From: Yuukianura sp. NJ FZ-2021
Lineage: Eukaryota
Length of the DNA: 64,000 nt
Direction of reading: 5' to 3'
Assembly (NCBI GenBank): GCA_046563655.1
Contig: CM102288.1
Coordinates: forward strand, 6,014,001 to 6,078,000
This document shows, piece by piece, positions 24,678-38,100 of the stretch; position 1 is the stretch's first letter, and every line of letters starts with the position of its first letter. Under the pieces are notes generated by a model that did no database searches, was not told the origin of the DNA, and was given only the letters and a program-made list of their open reading frames with translations. The translations under genes and the position numbers were made by a program.

Positions 24678-27600
24678 ATGGCAGCCTCTGCAGTTGAATC
24701 CATTTGTGACCCGAATGACCTAGACAGTTTCTCCCGTAAAAACAGTTTAATCGGAGATCTGGACCACCTTCGCTACACCACTCCTAATGCCAAACTCCAT
24801 GCCTTTGATAAAGGAGGATTCAATCTTCTGGATTACGACGAAACTGTTAAGCAGTTGGACATTTACTACGGCATAGGTGACTTATTTCTTATTAAGAGTA
24901 ATTAGAAACGATTAATCTAACTAATTGATTTGATTTTAGTCAAGCGTCAATTACTCCGATACCAGAGTCCCGTCAATGGACTCTTTCCGGTTCTGTCATC
25001 TGACAAAGAGGTTGGAAGTGTGAGGGACAGTATCTACTGTGCCGCTGCCGTCTGGAGTCTCCATCAAGCATATCGGTAAGAAAATCTCACGGTTAATTGA
25101 ATCCTGACAATCAATTTGTTACAAATGTGTAGGCAAAGGAAATTTTTATTGTGGTTACAGGAGGATTGATGACGATCGGGGGAAGTCGCACGAACTTGGG
25201 CAAAGTACTGTAAAAACTATGCGAGGGATTCTGGATTGCTGGATTCGACAGGCTCCACGAGTGGAGAGTTTCAAGCAATTCTATAAAGTTGACTCCGCCC
25301 TCCACTGCAAATTTCATCTCGTCACTGGAGACCCTGTTCTGGACGATGAAGAATACTCACATCTTCAGGTAAATTTTGATAGCTCAGCTCAAATGGTTAG
25401 AGCGCTTCCCAGATTGAAGAGATGTGGGTACGAGTCCCACTCGGTTCAATTTTTATCTTGCATGTATTAATGTATTATTTTTGTTTTTAGCTGGACGTGG
25501 TCTCCCTCTACCTCATTTATCTTGTCCAAATGATTTCTTCCGGCCTCTACATCATTTTTACGCATGATGAAGTCACTTTTGTCCAGAACTTGGTCTACTA
25601 CGTCGAAAGAGCATATCGAACACCAGACTTCGGAATGTGGGAGCGTGGAAGCAAGTACAACGATGGCTCTCCGGAAATTCACGCCAGTTCGATCGGGATG
25701 GCCAAAGCAGCACTTGAAGCCATCAACGGTTGTAATTTGTTTGGTGACCAAGGTTCATCATCTTCCGTCATTTACGTTGACATCGACGCTCATAACAGAA
25801 ATCGCAGCATTTTTGAAACTCTTCTTCCGCGCGAGTCCAGTTCCAAGGTGATCAGCTGATTAAAAAAAAAGTTTTCAAAGTTTTTGTTTTAATCTTCGTC
25901 TTTTTTTCAAAACAGAACACCGATGTGTCTTTGCTGCCGACGATTTCGTTTCCGGCCTTTGCAACACATGAAGAAGTACTGTACAACACAGCAAAGTCCA
26001 AAGTTATACGGAGACTCAAAGGTTCTTACGGATTTAAACGGTTCCACAGAGATGGGTATAAAAACGTTTTAGAAAATCCCACAAAACGTTTTTACGAAAA
26101 TGGCGAAACAAAGGTTAGACATTTGAAATTCCAGAAACTAAAGTTTTTTGAGGAAATAGTTTTCTGTACTAATTTGGAATTTTGAAATGAAACAGAATTT
26201 TGAGAATATTGAATGCGAGTGGCCCATATTCTACTTGTACCTTATTATCGACGGAGTGTTCAAGGGAATTCCCAAGCAAGTTGAGGAGTACTGCCACCTT
26301 GCAAAGCAGCGCCTCACTCGTGATACTTTTGGAGATCCTATTCTGCCTATGTACTTTTATGTACCGAAGGACCTTGTTGACGATGAGAAAGCGGAGCCGG
26401 GGTCACAGGTCAGACGAAGTGGAGTCGAAGGGTCCCCTGGACATATCTTCTTGTGGGGCCAATCTATGTACATCATCGCTCAACTCTTGACAGCTGGACT
26501 TGTCAGTGTTAACGAAATCGATATTGTAAGAAGATACCTGCCTTCCTTCACAAGACCAAAACGAATCGGTGGAAGATACTCTGCGTTTCAGGTGAGTTTA
26601 TCGTATCGTATACCTCAGTAAAACATAAACCTACATTACATTAAGCCATAACATTAACATAATGCATTACATAATTTACATAAATTTTCCAGGGTACAGC
26701 GATAGACTTGGTTGTTCAAGTTGTGTTGATTGCGGAGTCGATGCGACTGCAAGCCATGATGGCCACTTATGGAATTCAAACGCAGACGCCGCATGAGGTG
26801 GAGCCAGTTCAAATATGGCCGCCAAATCAACTAGTCAAAGTCTACGAACAGCTCGGAGTCAACAATAAACTGAATCTCAGAGGACGGCCAGCCAGACCCA
26901 TCGGAACTCTGGCCACTAGCAAGGTCAATTGATTCTTAATTAACTTAATTGTTAATTAATTAACCGTAGAATTTTAACTAAGAATTCAAATACTTAAACT
27001 TTTTGTTTAGATTTACCGAGTCTGTGGGCAGACGGTACTTTGTTACCCGCTAATTTTTGAAGTTTCTGATTTTTACCTGTCCCACGACATGGCTCTCCTG
27101 ATTGACGATATCAAAACAGAACTGCAATTTGTTGGAAAATACTGGCGATTAAGCGGAAGACCCACCGTTTGTTTACTCATTAGAGAAGAACACATGAGGT
27201 AAGCTTTATTAGTGTAGAAAAAATAAAGCCCTTAGTGGGACTCGAACCCACATCGGGAAGACACGCTCTAAGTACCATTGAGCTATCAGGCTCTAATTAC
27301 AAAAACGATGATTTCAGGGATCGGCAATTCAAGGAGATGCTTGATCTGTTCGCTATGTTGAAGAAAGGGCACTGCGACGGGGTCAAAGTTCGTCTCGGCA
27401 GACTCCAGAACTTGCTCTCCTCTTCTTGCATAGGTGCATCACTTTAATTCAATTAACGCACTAAAATTGCATGCTGTGCTGATGCTTGAAACGCTTCCAA
27501 ATCAAAATGTTAGAAAACTTAAACACTAACAATTTAAACAAGCAGTGCCTTAATTTAAATTAAATTTCCTGACTTTTCACTTTTTAGAACATTTGGATTT

Positions 27601-29685
27601 TATGAACTTGGTGGAATGTGAGCTGGACGTTTCGCCTTTTAAGCAAGTCGTTCATGAGTACAGCGGTTACCAAAGTCTAACGGATGTTCCCAAGGCGTTG
27701 TCATATCACGAACCTCAAGATGGATTTGTAGTAAGATTTTAAGAAATATCATAATTTTCAAAATTTTGAAGATACCTCTATTGTTATTTTGGATTTAACT
27801 TTTTATTTTTTATTTTGACAGATCAAACCAGAGATGCCAACTTGGGAATTGACACAAACTTTTCGTGCTGTTGATGGTCTCCGATTGAAAAGTGAGTTGT
27901 TGGGGAAATCATGCGACGCGAAGGACCCACATACGTGATTGACGATGTCACTGTGCACGACCACTTGAACAGAATCAGCCGACTGGCGGGCGAACTTCGG
28001 CTTTGGGCGACAGTTCGCTACTGCAGTTCTCTCCTCCACCAATTGGTCAACAGCATCAGTCCATACATCACTACAGGTCAGTTGGAAATTATAAAAAATT
28101 CAAAATTTATTCAAAATTTTTAAGTTAGAGATAAAATTTTGATTATTTTTTATTTTTGTTGCAGTTCTGGTAAACGGGAAACAAGTGAGTAACTGGAAAA
28201 AGTGATTTAGTGAATTAATCCTGTTAATTTGGTAGTGTAACGGGGTAGCTCAATGGTGAGAGCGATTACCCTGGAATGGTATGAAGTGTTTCGAATCCCA
28301 CTCCAGCCATGTTTTTCTTTTCTTTCTCCATTTTTTTCTTTTCTTTTTCTTGGAATATATAGTCGGTGGTTACATACTGTGCATCGTTTATCAAAGCTTT
28401 GTTTTTTCTAGTTGACGGTTGGTGTGATTGGTCACGAGGAAGTTGTGTTTGACAAGCCCATGAGTCCATCTGAGATTCAGGAGGTCATGTACACCAAGGT
28501 CCAGCCGTATGACATCATCCAAGCAGTTTTGCAGCAGGAAATTGCACTCTACTGCGGCAAACTCATCGGCACCAATCCGGAACTCTTTCAAGGAATTTTA
28601 AAAATTCGGATAGGGTGGATTCTGCGTGCTATTCACCTGTACATGACCATAACTTCTACGCATGCTCCACTCGAAGATAACTCTCCGAGCGAAGTGCGTC
28701 GACTCCTGCAACGCGTTCTCACAGTCAACAACGCACCAGAGGCAGAATCCGACTCAGAAATCAAGTAAGGCTTGTCCAAAAAAATTTTTTAAAGTTTCAT
28801 GAAACTTTGGAAATGAAAAAATGTGGTAGTTTTTTAACTCGTTGGGACTGTTTGTTTGTTTTTTTCAAAAAACAGGCTACGTGTTTTCGAGCGCCGTCAA
28901 ATCGAAGGTTGTGTGTGTCGCGTTCCGGCAAAATTTTATGAACGCGTGTGGCATATACTCAAGAAAACTCCGGGAGGCATCATTGTTGGTAAGTGGTGGA
29001 AAATTTTGGAAGTTTTGTAATCTGGAAACGGAAAATTTTAGAATTTTGGAGTTTGTTTTTTGAACATGCAAGATTTGGTTTTTCTGTTGAAGGTGGGACC
29101 ACTCTACCGCAAGAACCGTCGCTGACGAACCTAACACTTTCTGAACTGAACTTTGCCCTTCAAGTGGAAAAAATGCTTCACCAACTTGAGCAGCCAGAAA
29201 ACATCCAAATTGTTATCGAAGTGGGTTTAAAATTTTGAAAACAAAAATTCAATATTCATTCTCTTAACTCTTTTTTTTAGTTGTTGTGTGTCGTGTCAAC
29301 AATTCTGCAACGAAATCCAGAGTTATCATTCAAGGGCTCTCTCGATGTAGACAAGCTTGTGGTTCATGCTTTCGAAATGTTTGCCAAAGTGAGTCAACGG
29401 CTTCAAAATTTCATAATATCCCAAAATACTTCATTTCATAAAAATTCAGAACACTGTGATGAACTTTTATTGTTTTCTGAATGTTTGAAATAGGACATGA
29501 TCTGTGACAAGGTCAAAGGTTATGACGCTGACCTCGGCATGTCCGCATTCTACAATGCTCCAATGGCCACAACTACTGGGTACTTGGCCAGAGCTGTTGT
29601 GAACAACATCCTACAAGGTGACATGGGTCTAGTAGGGGACAACTACGAAGATTTCGCACGAGACGAAATGTGCCAAATCTGTTAA
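24678..29685 (+). CDS. PHKB: Phosphorylase b kinase regulatory subunit beta, multi-exon
   Basis: [82 protein letters not shown]; ends CQIC* (CaaX-like). Includes a 20-nt micro-exon at 28165-28184. Confidence 0.95.
25377..25448 (+). mobile_element. tRNA-derived SINE-like copy 1 (PHKB intron)
   Basis: TGATAGCTCAGCTCAAATGGTTAGAGCGCTTCCC...TGGGTACGAGTCCCACTCGG: A-box and degenerate B-box, no intact cloverleaf. Confidence 0.7.
27210..27293 (-). mobile_element. tRNA-derived SINE-like copy 2 (PHKB intron)
   Basis: Reverse complement reads GAGCCTGATAGCTCAATGG..TTAGAGCG..TTCCCGATGTGGGTTCGAGTCCCACT...TTATTTTT.TACACT. Confidence 0.75.
28241..28310 (+). mobile_element. tRNA-derived SINE-like copy 3 (PHKB intron, more diverged)
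   Basis: GGGGTAGCTCAATGGTGAGAGCG...GTTTCGAATCCCACTCC: A-box and B-box. Confidence 0.6.
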
Positions 29686-29898
29686 CTTCTACTGTCTTCA
29701 TAGTTACCATTATTAGTCAAACAAACCTAGATTTCGAACCTTAACTCAGAGTGATTTTCTTCGTTGTTTTATTTTATTGTTTCATAAATCTAAATCCTGA
29801 CTTAACTGATTAATCAGTCTTTTTCGGTAAGCCTGCACTTTCTGGATGTTTGTAACTAAAGAATGGAATGACTTCGATTCATCTTTGTTGAATTGAAG

Positions 29899-32252
29899 TC
29901 AATTCAAAAAGCCTTGGCTGAAGATCTCTTCCGGATCAATACAGCTGTTTTTGCTGTAATGCAGTACTTTGTCTGCAATTGTCAAGTTTTTGAACGAGTT
30001 TTTCCATGTCACTGGACGTTTATGATCCCACCAATCATGGAAACTAGTAATTTGTTGCGTAGAGTTCTGTGGTGCGTTCCAGACTTTGACGCAAAGAGAG
30101 CACAGTTCACTTACCAGTGAATTGTAAGGTACTAGCTTTAGTTCGTAATGTTGTCTCCACCGGAAGTACTCAAGATACTTGTCATCATTTTGATCCAAGT
30201 ACTTCAAGTAGTCCGTAAGGGCAGATACATTTGGAAAATCAAGAGCATTGATGTAAGATCCAGGAGGAGCCACTTCCGAGTAATCACCGAGTCCATAAGT
30301 TACAGGAACAATTCCAACGGAGAAGGCTTCAAAAAACTTTTCAGTGATGTAGTCTTGGCACAACGAATTTTCAAAAGCCAAAATAAACTTGTATTTTCCC
30401 GCCAAAAAAGTACGACAATCCCTGGTTGGACATTGTTGGCCACATCTACCGTACTCATCAATTCGGATGTGGCGTTTCATCGCTGCGATCACTTGGTCTC
30501 GCTCACTTTGAGCTCTACAGTTTGAGATTAGTGATGCAACAAGGCTCTTGGACCTGCAAAAGAAGTAAACCCACACGTTAGGGTCATATAAGTTACTGTA
30601 ACTGTAACTTACTGTAAAACCTGTTTGCTGGGTAAGACAATGTCATTCATGGACCTTGGAATGTCCAATTTGTAGAAATAGCCGTACGGAAAGTAAATGT
30701 CCGAATCCAGGCGATAAGTGAATGTCCAATTGAAGTAATGTCCCAGTTCATGTAGCCAGGTTGCATCGTACATAGTTGGTGGTTCTAGCGTAAATGCAAC
30801 CAGGGATGGCAAGGTGTAACTTAAATTGTAAATTACAACGTAAATTACGTGTAAATTACAAGCCCGAAAATTACACATGTAATTTTCGTAATTTTCAATT
30901 ACCGTTGTGACAGAAAAAATACTGTCCGGCGCGTTAGTTTCTAATTTTTTTCGTTATCAAAACCTCAAATATCGGTCAAATATCAAATAACCAAAAAAAA
31001 TTGTTTCCGCAAGAATTGAAAATTACGTTTTTTACATAACGTAATTTAAGTAATTTACGTAACTTTGCCATCTCTGAATGAAAAATGCAACCCAAATTTG
31101 GTCGCGTCTTCGTTTTTTAGGGTATTCACCATCACAAGGACTAAAAACCAAAAGGAAATGTCACTTGCACAAACGAAAACCTCCAGCGCTTAAAGTTTTA
31201 AACCAACTCACTAAGCTTTGTGCAAAGAATTGACAATGTTGAACATGACGGCATGAGCATCTTCTGTCAACGTTCTGTTGATACTGTACTTGCACTTTTG
31301 AGGACAAACAGCCGTTGAGCTACTGTAGAAAAAGTCGCCATATCTCATCCAGTCTGGGCCTTCTTCCAAAAAGTATCTTCCAAAATTTCTTGTTTGAAAT
31401 ACAATCGTTTTGTGTCCGTTGGAATCTGGAGATGGAATGGAGGTCAAGGGCGTGTCAAGGTCAAATCGAACCACAGTTTTGTCCTTGGTCGTTGACGTAA
31501 TCTAAACACAAAGAAAAGCAGCAACAAAAAGTGGTAGCAGGGAATGTCGTCAAAAAAATTTGGTCAAAAGTGAAGTGATCAAACATGAAATCGTCAAAAA
31601 TGGAATCGTCAAAAAGTGAATTCGTCAAAAGTGAAATCGTCTAAAGTGAAAGTGAAATGGCCAAAGTATGAAAAGGTCACAAAGTAAAAAGGTCAAAAAA
31701 TGAAGAGGTCAAATTGTCAAATTGACGGAATTCTAATCGAGTTTAAAATTTAAATTGCTTCCATATCTTCTTCTATCTTCTTTTTACCTTTTCACTTTGT
31801 GATCTTTTTATACTTCGACCATTTCACTTTTTGACGATTTCCCTTTTGACGAATTCACTTTTTGACGTTTTAATGTTTGATAAATTCACTTTTGACCAAA
31901 AACCGTTTTATTTGTGGAATCTTACATAGTTGAGAGGTTTAGGAATTGTCAAGAATTGTGAAAGGTTATTGATCTCTGGCAGTTTGAGGTATTTGACGTC
32001 TCGTTCTGGCCAAAACAAAGGAGCCTTACAAGATGGCCACCAAGGCACTCCAACCATGGCCATGGCCCGCTCCCATTCTACATCCAAAAAAAAAAACTTT
32101 CATCCAAAATTTTGTGTTTTTTTTAACTACTGTCTGCAATATTTTGTAAATTTAAAATGTGTTTTACCTGGAACAAAGTAGACATTAATTGAAATTGTAA
32201 CAATTCCAAACCCAATACAACAAAGATATAAAAGTTGGCGATTGCATTTCAT
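29899..32252 (-). CDS. Alpha-(1,3)-fucosyltransferase (GT10, FucT-C-like), multi-exon
   Basis: Type II anchor MKCNRQLLYLCCIGFGIVTISINVYFV; YFNWTFTYRLDSDIYFPYG; GT10 motif YKFILAFENSLCQDYITEKFF; APPGSYINALDF. Confidence 0.92.
31559..31900. mobile_element. Foldback/MITE-like element with long, internally repetitive inverted arms (FucT intron)
   Basis: TTTGGTCAAAAGTGAA (31559-31574) is the exact reverse complement of TTCACTTTTGACCAAA (31885-31900); repeated CGTCAAAAA.TGAA units on the left are mirrored by TTCACTTTTTGACG units on the right. Confidence 0.85.
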
Positions 32253-33050
32253 AATGCCTCACAAAATGACAAAATGTTAATCAAAAATTAAAAAATTAAA
32301 AATCACTTGGCTTAAATATTTTTAACTGAAAAATTAACCTGGATGGGATAAAAAACAGTAAAAACAACTGCTAAAGTTCTAAAACAGTTTTTCTTGAACA
32401 AAATGTTTCGGTTGTTAACTTAACTTCGGCTACCCTGATAATTTGCTCAGTTCTGTTATCTTTTGCGTGAAGATAACATTGGCAAATAGACATTAGCTTG
32501 AACCTTCTCTAAAGCGGTAAATAACAAAACCCAAGAGTGTCGGCGATGACTCACATTTTAGTGAGAATTTAACACCGGAATCTTGCGGCAAATGTTTGTC
32601 GTGATTATACCTATTTGGTAAAATTTTTTAATCATTTGGTCGATACGTTTAGTCAATTAATTTAGACGTCAAATTGGATTCGGATTGGCTTAAGACGGAA
32701 ATTACGTCAATACAATGCATCAATCAGGACTGACGTTTTTAATTTTCATTTCGAAAAATTTCGAAATGGAGTTTACAGTTATGATATAAAAATTTATTTG
32801 TTTGCATCCACCCTCCGTAGTAGTCTCCTCCGTGTCGATTTTTTTGCTCATGTGACCTTGGACAGAAACATCGATCCGGTGCATTCACACTAGGCTTTTT
32901 TTAGACTAACATGTGACTATCTGGACATATAGCAAACGATTGGAGACTGACAGGGTGACAGGGGAGACGTCATGTCAATCAAAAGTACAAAAGCACAACT
33001 TTTTGAATTAGTTGTTCAGTCTATCTCGTCAATTTTTGGGTGGAAGTCGA

Positions 33051-33246
33051 TCGTCAATTTGAAAAGTCGACAACTTGCATTTCGGAATTTGAAATTGGTC
33101 AATCGTCAATTTGAAAAGTCGACAACTTGCATTTCGGAATTTGAAATTGGTCAATCGTCAATTTGAAAAGTCGACAACTTGCATTTCGGAATTTGAAATT
33201 GGTCAATCGTCAATTTGAAAAGTCGACAACTTGCGTTTCGGAATTC
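33051..33246 (+). repeat. Near-perfect 52-bp tandem repeat (~3.8 copies) directly upstream of a start codon
   Basis: Unit TCGTCAATTTGAAAAGTCGACAACTTGCATTTCGGAATTTGAAATTGGTCAA starts at 33051, 33103, 33155 and 33207. Confidence 0.95.
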
Positions 33247-33254
33247 CGGGAGAT

Positions 33255-34427
33255 ATGTCCGACCACAGTCACTGTCATGACAACGATCATCATCACCATG
33301 ACCGTAACCATGGACACGGTCATGACCATGGACATGGACACGGCCAAGGAGGGCTCCACTTTTTACATGAGGTGATTGTTAACAACGAATTGCCACTTCT
33401 GGAAGGTGGGTTGACATGGAAACAGAGCGGACTGTGGCTGGACTACGGATGTGCCAATGGTGACATGGCCAAAAACGTTTTTCTGCCACATGCCAAGGCA
33501 TGTGGTGCGAAGATCATTGGGGTGGATAGGAACCAAACGGCAATCGACCAGGCTAAGGCAGCAGGAATGCCGGAAGAATTCATCACATTCGTCAAGGGAA
33601 ACATTCTAGGTAAGACTTTCAAAAAAAATTAAAATTTTATTTTAAAAAAATGTTTTAAAAAAAGTGGTTTTATGATATTTATTTCTATCTTTCGTTTGAA
33701 TTTTGTAGGTGACTGGCCATTAGATCCGGATACGAAATTTGACAAAGTGATTGGAATTCATGTGCTCCAGTATTTTCAGAATTACGAAGAATTCCTGGTC
33801 AAAGTTTTCGAAATTTTGAAACCAGGTGGAGAACTTGGACTGACTTTGCCCGTTGAGAAAATCGTCTACCTGTTTACGGAACTCGAAAAAAATGCGGTCT
33901 TGGGGAAAGTTGATTTGGCAAGCTCAGATTTTCAAAAAAAAAACAGAATTTGAAAAAAAAAAAGCATTAGTTTTACTTTTTGAAATTTTGATTTGATTAG
34001 GACCCGCATGCGTCAGAGCAAGGACTGTGGTCAGCCAATACCAAATTTCTTCCGCATTTGAAAGAATTTTTGGTCCGCACGGGATTCGAACTCAAAACTT
34101 TTGAATATGTCCCTTTTGAACACAAATTCGACAACCTTGATAACTTTACCGGTGAGTCATGTTACCATGCAACAGCAAATAGTTTTTTGAAACTTCAAAT
34201 TTTTTTTTTCAAAATTTGAATTTTTTTTAATAAACTTATTGTTTTTTTTAGAACTAGTTGCCTACCACTGGATTGACGGCAAAGGACTAAGCGCGGATAA
34301 GAAGTTGGAGGTTACAAATGTGGTCAAAGACTGCATTAAACGCGTGTATGACGACGTGTCGCCAGAGGCCAAGCCATGGCCAGTTGACATCTCGTCACTT
34401 GTTATCGTTGCTAAGAAACCAATCTAA
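33255..34427 (+). CDS. Class I SAM-dependent methyltransferase (JHAMT-like) with His-rich N-terminus; 4 exons
   Basis: MSDHSHCHDNDHHHHDRNHGHGHDHGHGHG; motif I WLDYGCANG; IIGVD; FDKVIGIHVLQY; ILKPGG. Confidence 0.85.
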
Positions 34428-35186
34428 CATCAAAATAAAATTAGCTTCAACATTTTTTTTTAAAAACCTCCTTTTTTAGAATTAGGTTTTTCATCCAATG
34501 GACTTCATAATTTGTGCAAATATGTCGATCTGTTTGTTTTTCCTTGTTCGTAGGTGTCTCTGTCGATTCGAACTTTGACCTTGAACTTTTATTTGTCACT
34601 TTGCACCGACGTTTGACTAAAATGAAGCGAATATCACGAGTGAAATTTGTCGCTTCTAACGGGGGAACGAGAGTATGAGTTTGAAATTTACGAAACTTCA
34701 ATGTACAGCTTTGTTCACAAAAGTTGAAAACCCCGAAAGTAATTGCTATATTTTTTTTGGGAAATTAGGAATTCATTCTTTGCGGAGATTGAGACCAAAT
34801 AACTTTATCTACACAATTTACATTGTGGGGATTGTTTTCTTTGAATTTTGTACTCAGGACTTTCAAAATTTCAAAAATTTACAAACGTTTGAGTTTGTTG
34901 GAGTCTACTTTTCATGAGCATCACTGTACTTCTATTGTTCAGGAGCGATTAAGTGGAGGTTAAGTGCATCATCTGACCTGTAATAAGAGGTACACATGAT
35001 TAGAGATACCTTATCTTGTAGTCACACATGTGAGCAACATAACAACTTCAATTCAATTTATAACATCCAAACTATAAGTAACTCAACTAAAAATTACAAA
35101 AACTGCTAAAATTTAAGGAATTCAAAAGTTAAAAGTTAAAAAAGTTAAGTTCTTTTAGTAATTTTGAAGTTTCAGTTTGTGAGACA

Positions 35187-38100
35187 ATGGTGTACACAGA
35201 GCGGGACGAATTGTTGCGACCCGGTAGAGTTCAAACATCGAGAACAAAATGGATTGCTCTGATTGGCTCCGTAGCTGTGGCCTCTGTCGTGTGTTTTCTC
35301 CTTGTGATTAACCTAACTAACCAATCAGCATCTTCCAGTGACGCTCAAGTGCTCAAAGCCTCTGCTCCTACTCAAGAAAAAAACTTGATAGCATCCAACG
35401 ACGGAAAAACTTTTAAAAATTTTCTCGGTAGGGGAGAAAATTGGAGGAATTTCCCTGGAAGAGGAAATGAGAGAAATTTCCCCGATAGTGAAGAAAACTG
35501 GAAAAATTTCCCCGGTATAGCGGAAAATAAGAGAAATTTTCCCACTGAGGAAGAAAATGGTGGAAATCGGAGAGACTTTCCTATTGGCGGAAATGGAAGA
35601 AATTTCCCCGGTTGGGAAAATGGGGAAATTTTTCACGCTGAAGACAACTGGATGGATGCCTTCGCTGGAGGAAAGTGGAGAAATGTGCTCAATCGTGAAA
35701 ACAGAACCTCCCGACCCCCCACTGTGACCACCCCTCTGGGGAAGGTCAAAGGGGTCAACTTGAGGTCACGCGCAGGGAGAGACTACAAGGGCTTCTACAA
35801 CTTGCCCTACGCCCAGCCCCCGGTTGGACAACTCCGTTTCAAGGTCAGTGACTTTCTTACGTAAGTTGTGTTACATCATCGCTCCAAACTTTTTAATTCC
35901 GGTTACCATACCAACCGCCATTGAAACTAGGTGAATTCAGTTTTGAAATTTTTTTGCAAAAACATTTAAAACCCCTAGCTATTGCCTAACTTGTTAAAGA
36001 AAAAGTTATTTGTTTGCTTATCCACCTTGAATAGGGCGGCGCTCTTTGGTTGAGAACCTCACTGTTAAGTATTACATATTGTTTAAGTTTCTTTTCCTAA
36101 TGTTACATCAAATTACATTAAACATTACATAAAATTACATTGTGATTTAATGTAAATTGCTCTTCCTAGCCCCCGGTGCCTGCAACGCCTTGGACAGGAA
36201 CGCGTGACTGCACCGTCCAGGGCTCGATGTGTGTCCAGAAAAGTCGCTACAATCCAGACGTGGCTGTGGAAGGAACCGAGGACTGTTTGCATGTCAATCT
36301 GTTCACTCCAAAACTCCCGCGTCGGGGTCAAAGGTCAAGGTCAAATCCACGCATGCCTGTTATTGTCTACTTCTTCGGTGGAGCATTCATGCATGGAACT
36401 GCAAATGACTTCAACTGTGACTACTTCATGGATGAAGACGTCGTCATGGTCATCGTCGAGTCTCGCGTCGGTGTGCTAGGTCAGTTCAAATCCAAAAATA
36501 TAATTATCAATTTTTTTTTTAAAAACAATTGAAATTTTTTGAAATTTTTTATTTTTTTAGGCTTTTTGAACACGGGAGATGAGCATGTACGAGGAAACAT
36601 GGGACTTAAGGACCAAAACATGGCTTTGCGGTGGGTACAGGAAAATATTGAGTCGTTTGGGGGTGACCCCACCCGAGTCGTTGCATTCGGAACAAGTTCT
36701 GGAGCAATGTGTGCCCATGGACATCTACTATCACCTATGAGCAAGGGTAAGGCATATGGAAGTGAATTAATCGATTAATTGATTTCTGTCGATTTTTAGC
36801 ACTTGTGGTTTTTGATTAATTGCAGGATTATTTTCTGGAGTGATGTCTTTTAGTGGAACGACGCTTAGCCCTGGACAATTTACTGTTGATCCTACTGCCA
36901 GTGCCCTGGAATTTGCGGCCGCAATGAACTGTACCGATCCTAATTCGGATGTTGTGATGGAGTGCCTGAGAAATGCGAGCTACTGGGACATAGCTCTGCA
37001 CCAACCGGAAGTTGGGCCGACACTGGAGTTGATACCGGAAGACGGCGATACTTCTCAAGTATTCTTCCCAGCTACACCAGTCGACTTAATGCTTTCGGGA
37101 CAAGCTAATCCAGTTCCCTGGTTAACCGGAGTCAATTCGGCCGAAACAATTCTGGATTCATATAGTACGTCAACCACGATCCTAACTTTACCGTAGATTT
37201 CCAAATAGTACTCAGAATACAGTAGATTTCCGAATAGCACCACGATCCCAACAAAAATACCGTAAATTTTCAAACAGGACCCCTGCTCTAAAGCTTAGCA
37301 AAAAATTAAGTTCCTCGGGTATACTTATTTGGAAAGCCGGAACTATTAGCATACACTATGTATTTTAATATAGCACTGTTGCTGGATGAGAACATGACTA
37401 AATTGCTGAACGAGCAATGGGAAATGGTGCTGCCAATTATGCTGTTGCTAAGCGACTCAAACCAAACTTTAGTCGACGAAACGACGCGCCAAATCCACGA
37501 CTTTTATTTTCAAAACAAAACAATTTCGCGCTACGACGACACAAGATACAATTTAACCAACATGATTTCGGATCGGTGACAAACACAAGACATATAAATA
37601 TATAAATTATTTAAATATTTAATTAAAACAAGTTTACTTAAATATAATATTTAAAATATTTTTAGTTATCACTACCATTCCACGCGGACTGCAGGATTGA
37701 ATCACGCCAAAAAGAATCCAGTTTATTGGTATTATTTAACAAAGGAAGCAAATGTCAGTTTCGCAGATTCGGTTACGCAGTACTTTGAGCCACCTTACGG
37801 TAATTCAACACTTTTCGAAAAAAAAATTATATTTTCAAAAAAAAAAAAATCAATTTAAAAAAAATAACAAGATTTTGATTCTTTAGGAGTTTCACATGCT
37901 GATGAGGTGCAGTACTTTTTTTTCCGTCCAAGATACCCCTACATTCCCCTGGATTCTCCGTGGGCAGACTTTTCAATTTTGCTAGTCAAACTCTGGGTGT
38001 CTTTTGCTGCAACTGGGTAACTTTATTTCAAAAAATTTCTAAAATCGTTTCAAAATTTTGAAAAGTAAATTCGAAAATTGTTTTATTTTTAGAGCTCCGG

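Noticed and set aside
33051..33246. Possible CRISPR array
   Set aside because: Units are contiguous 52-bp tandem copies with no unique spacers; no cas genes; eukaryotic context.
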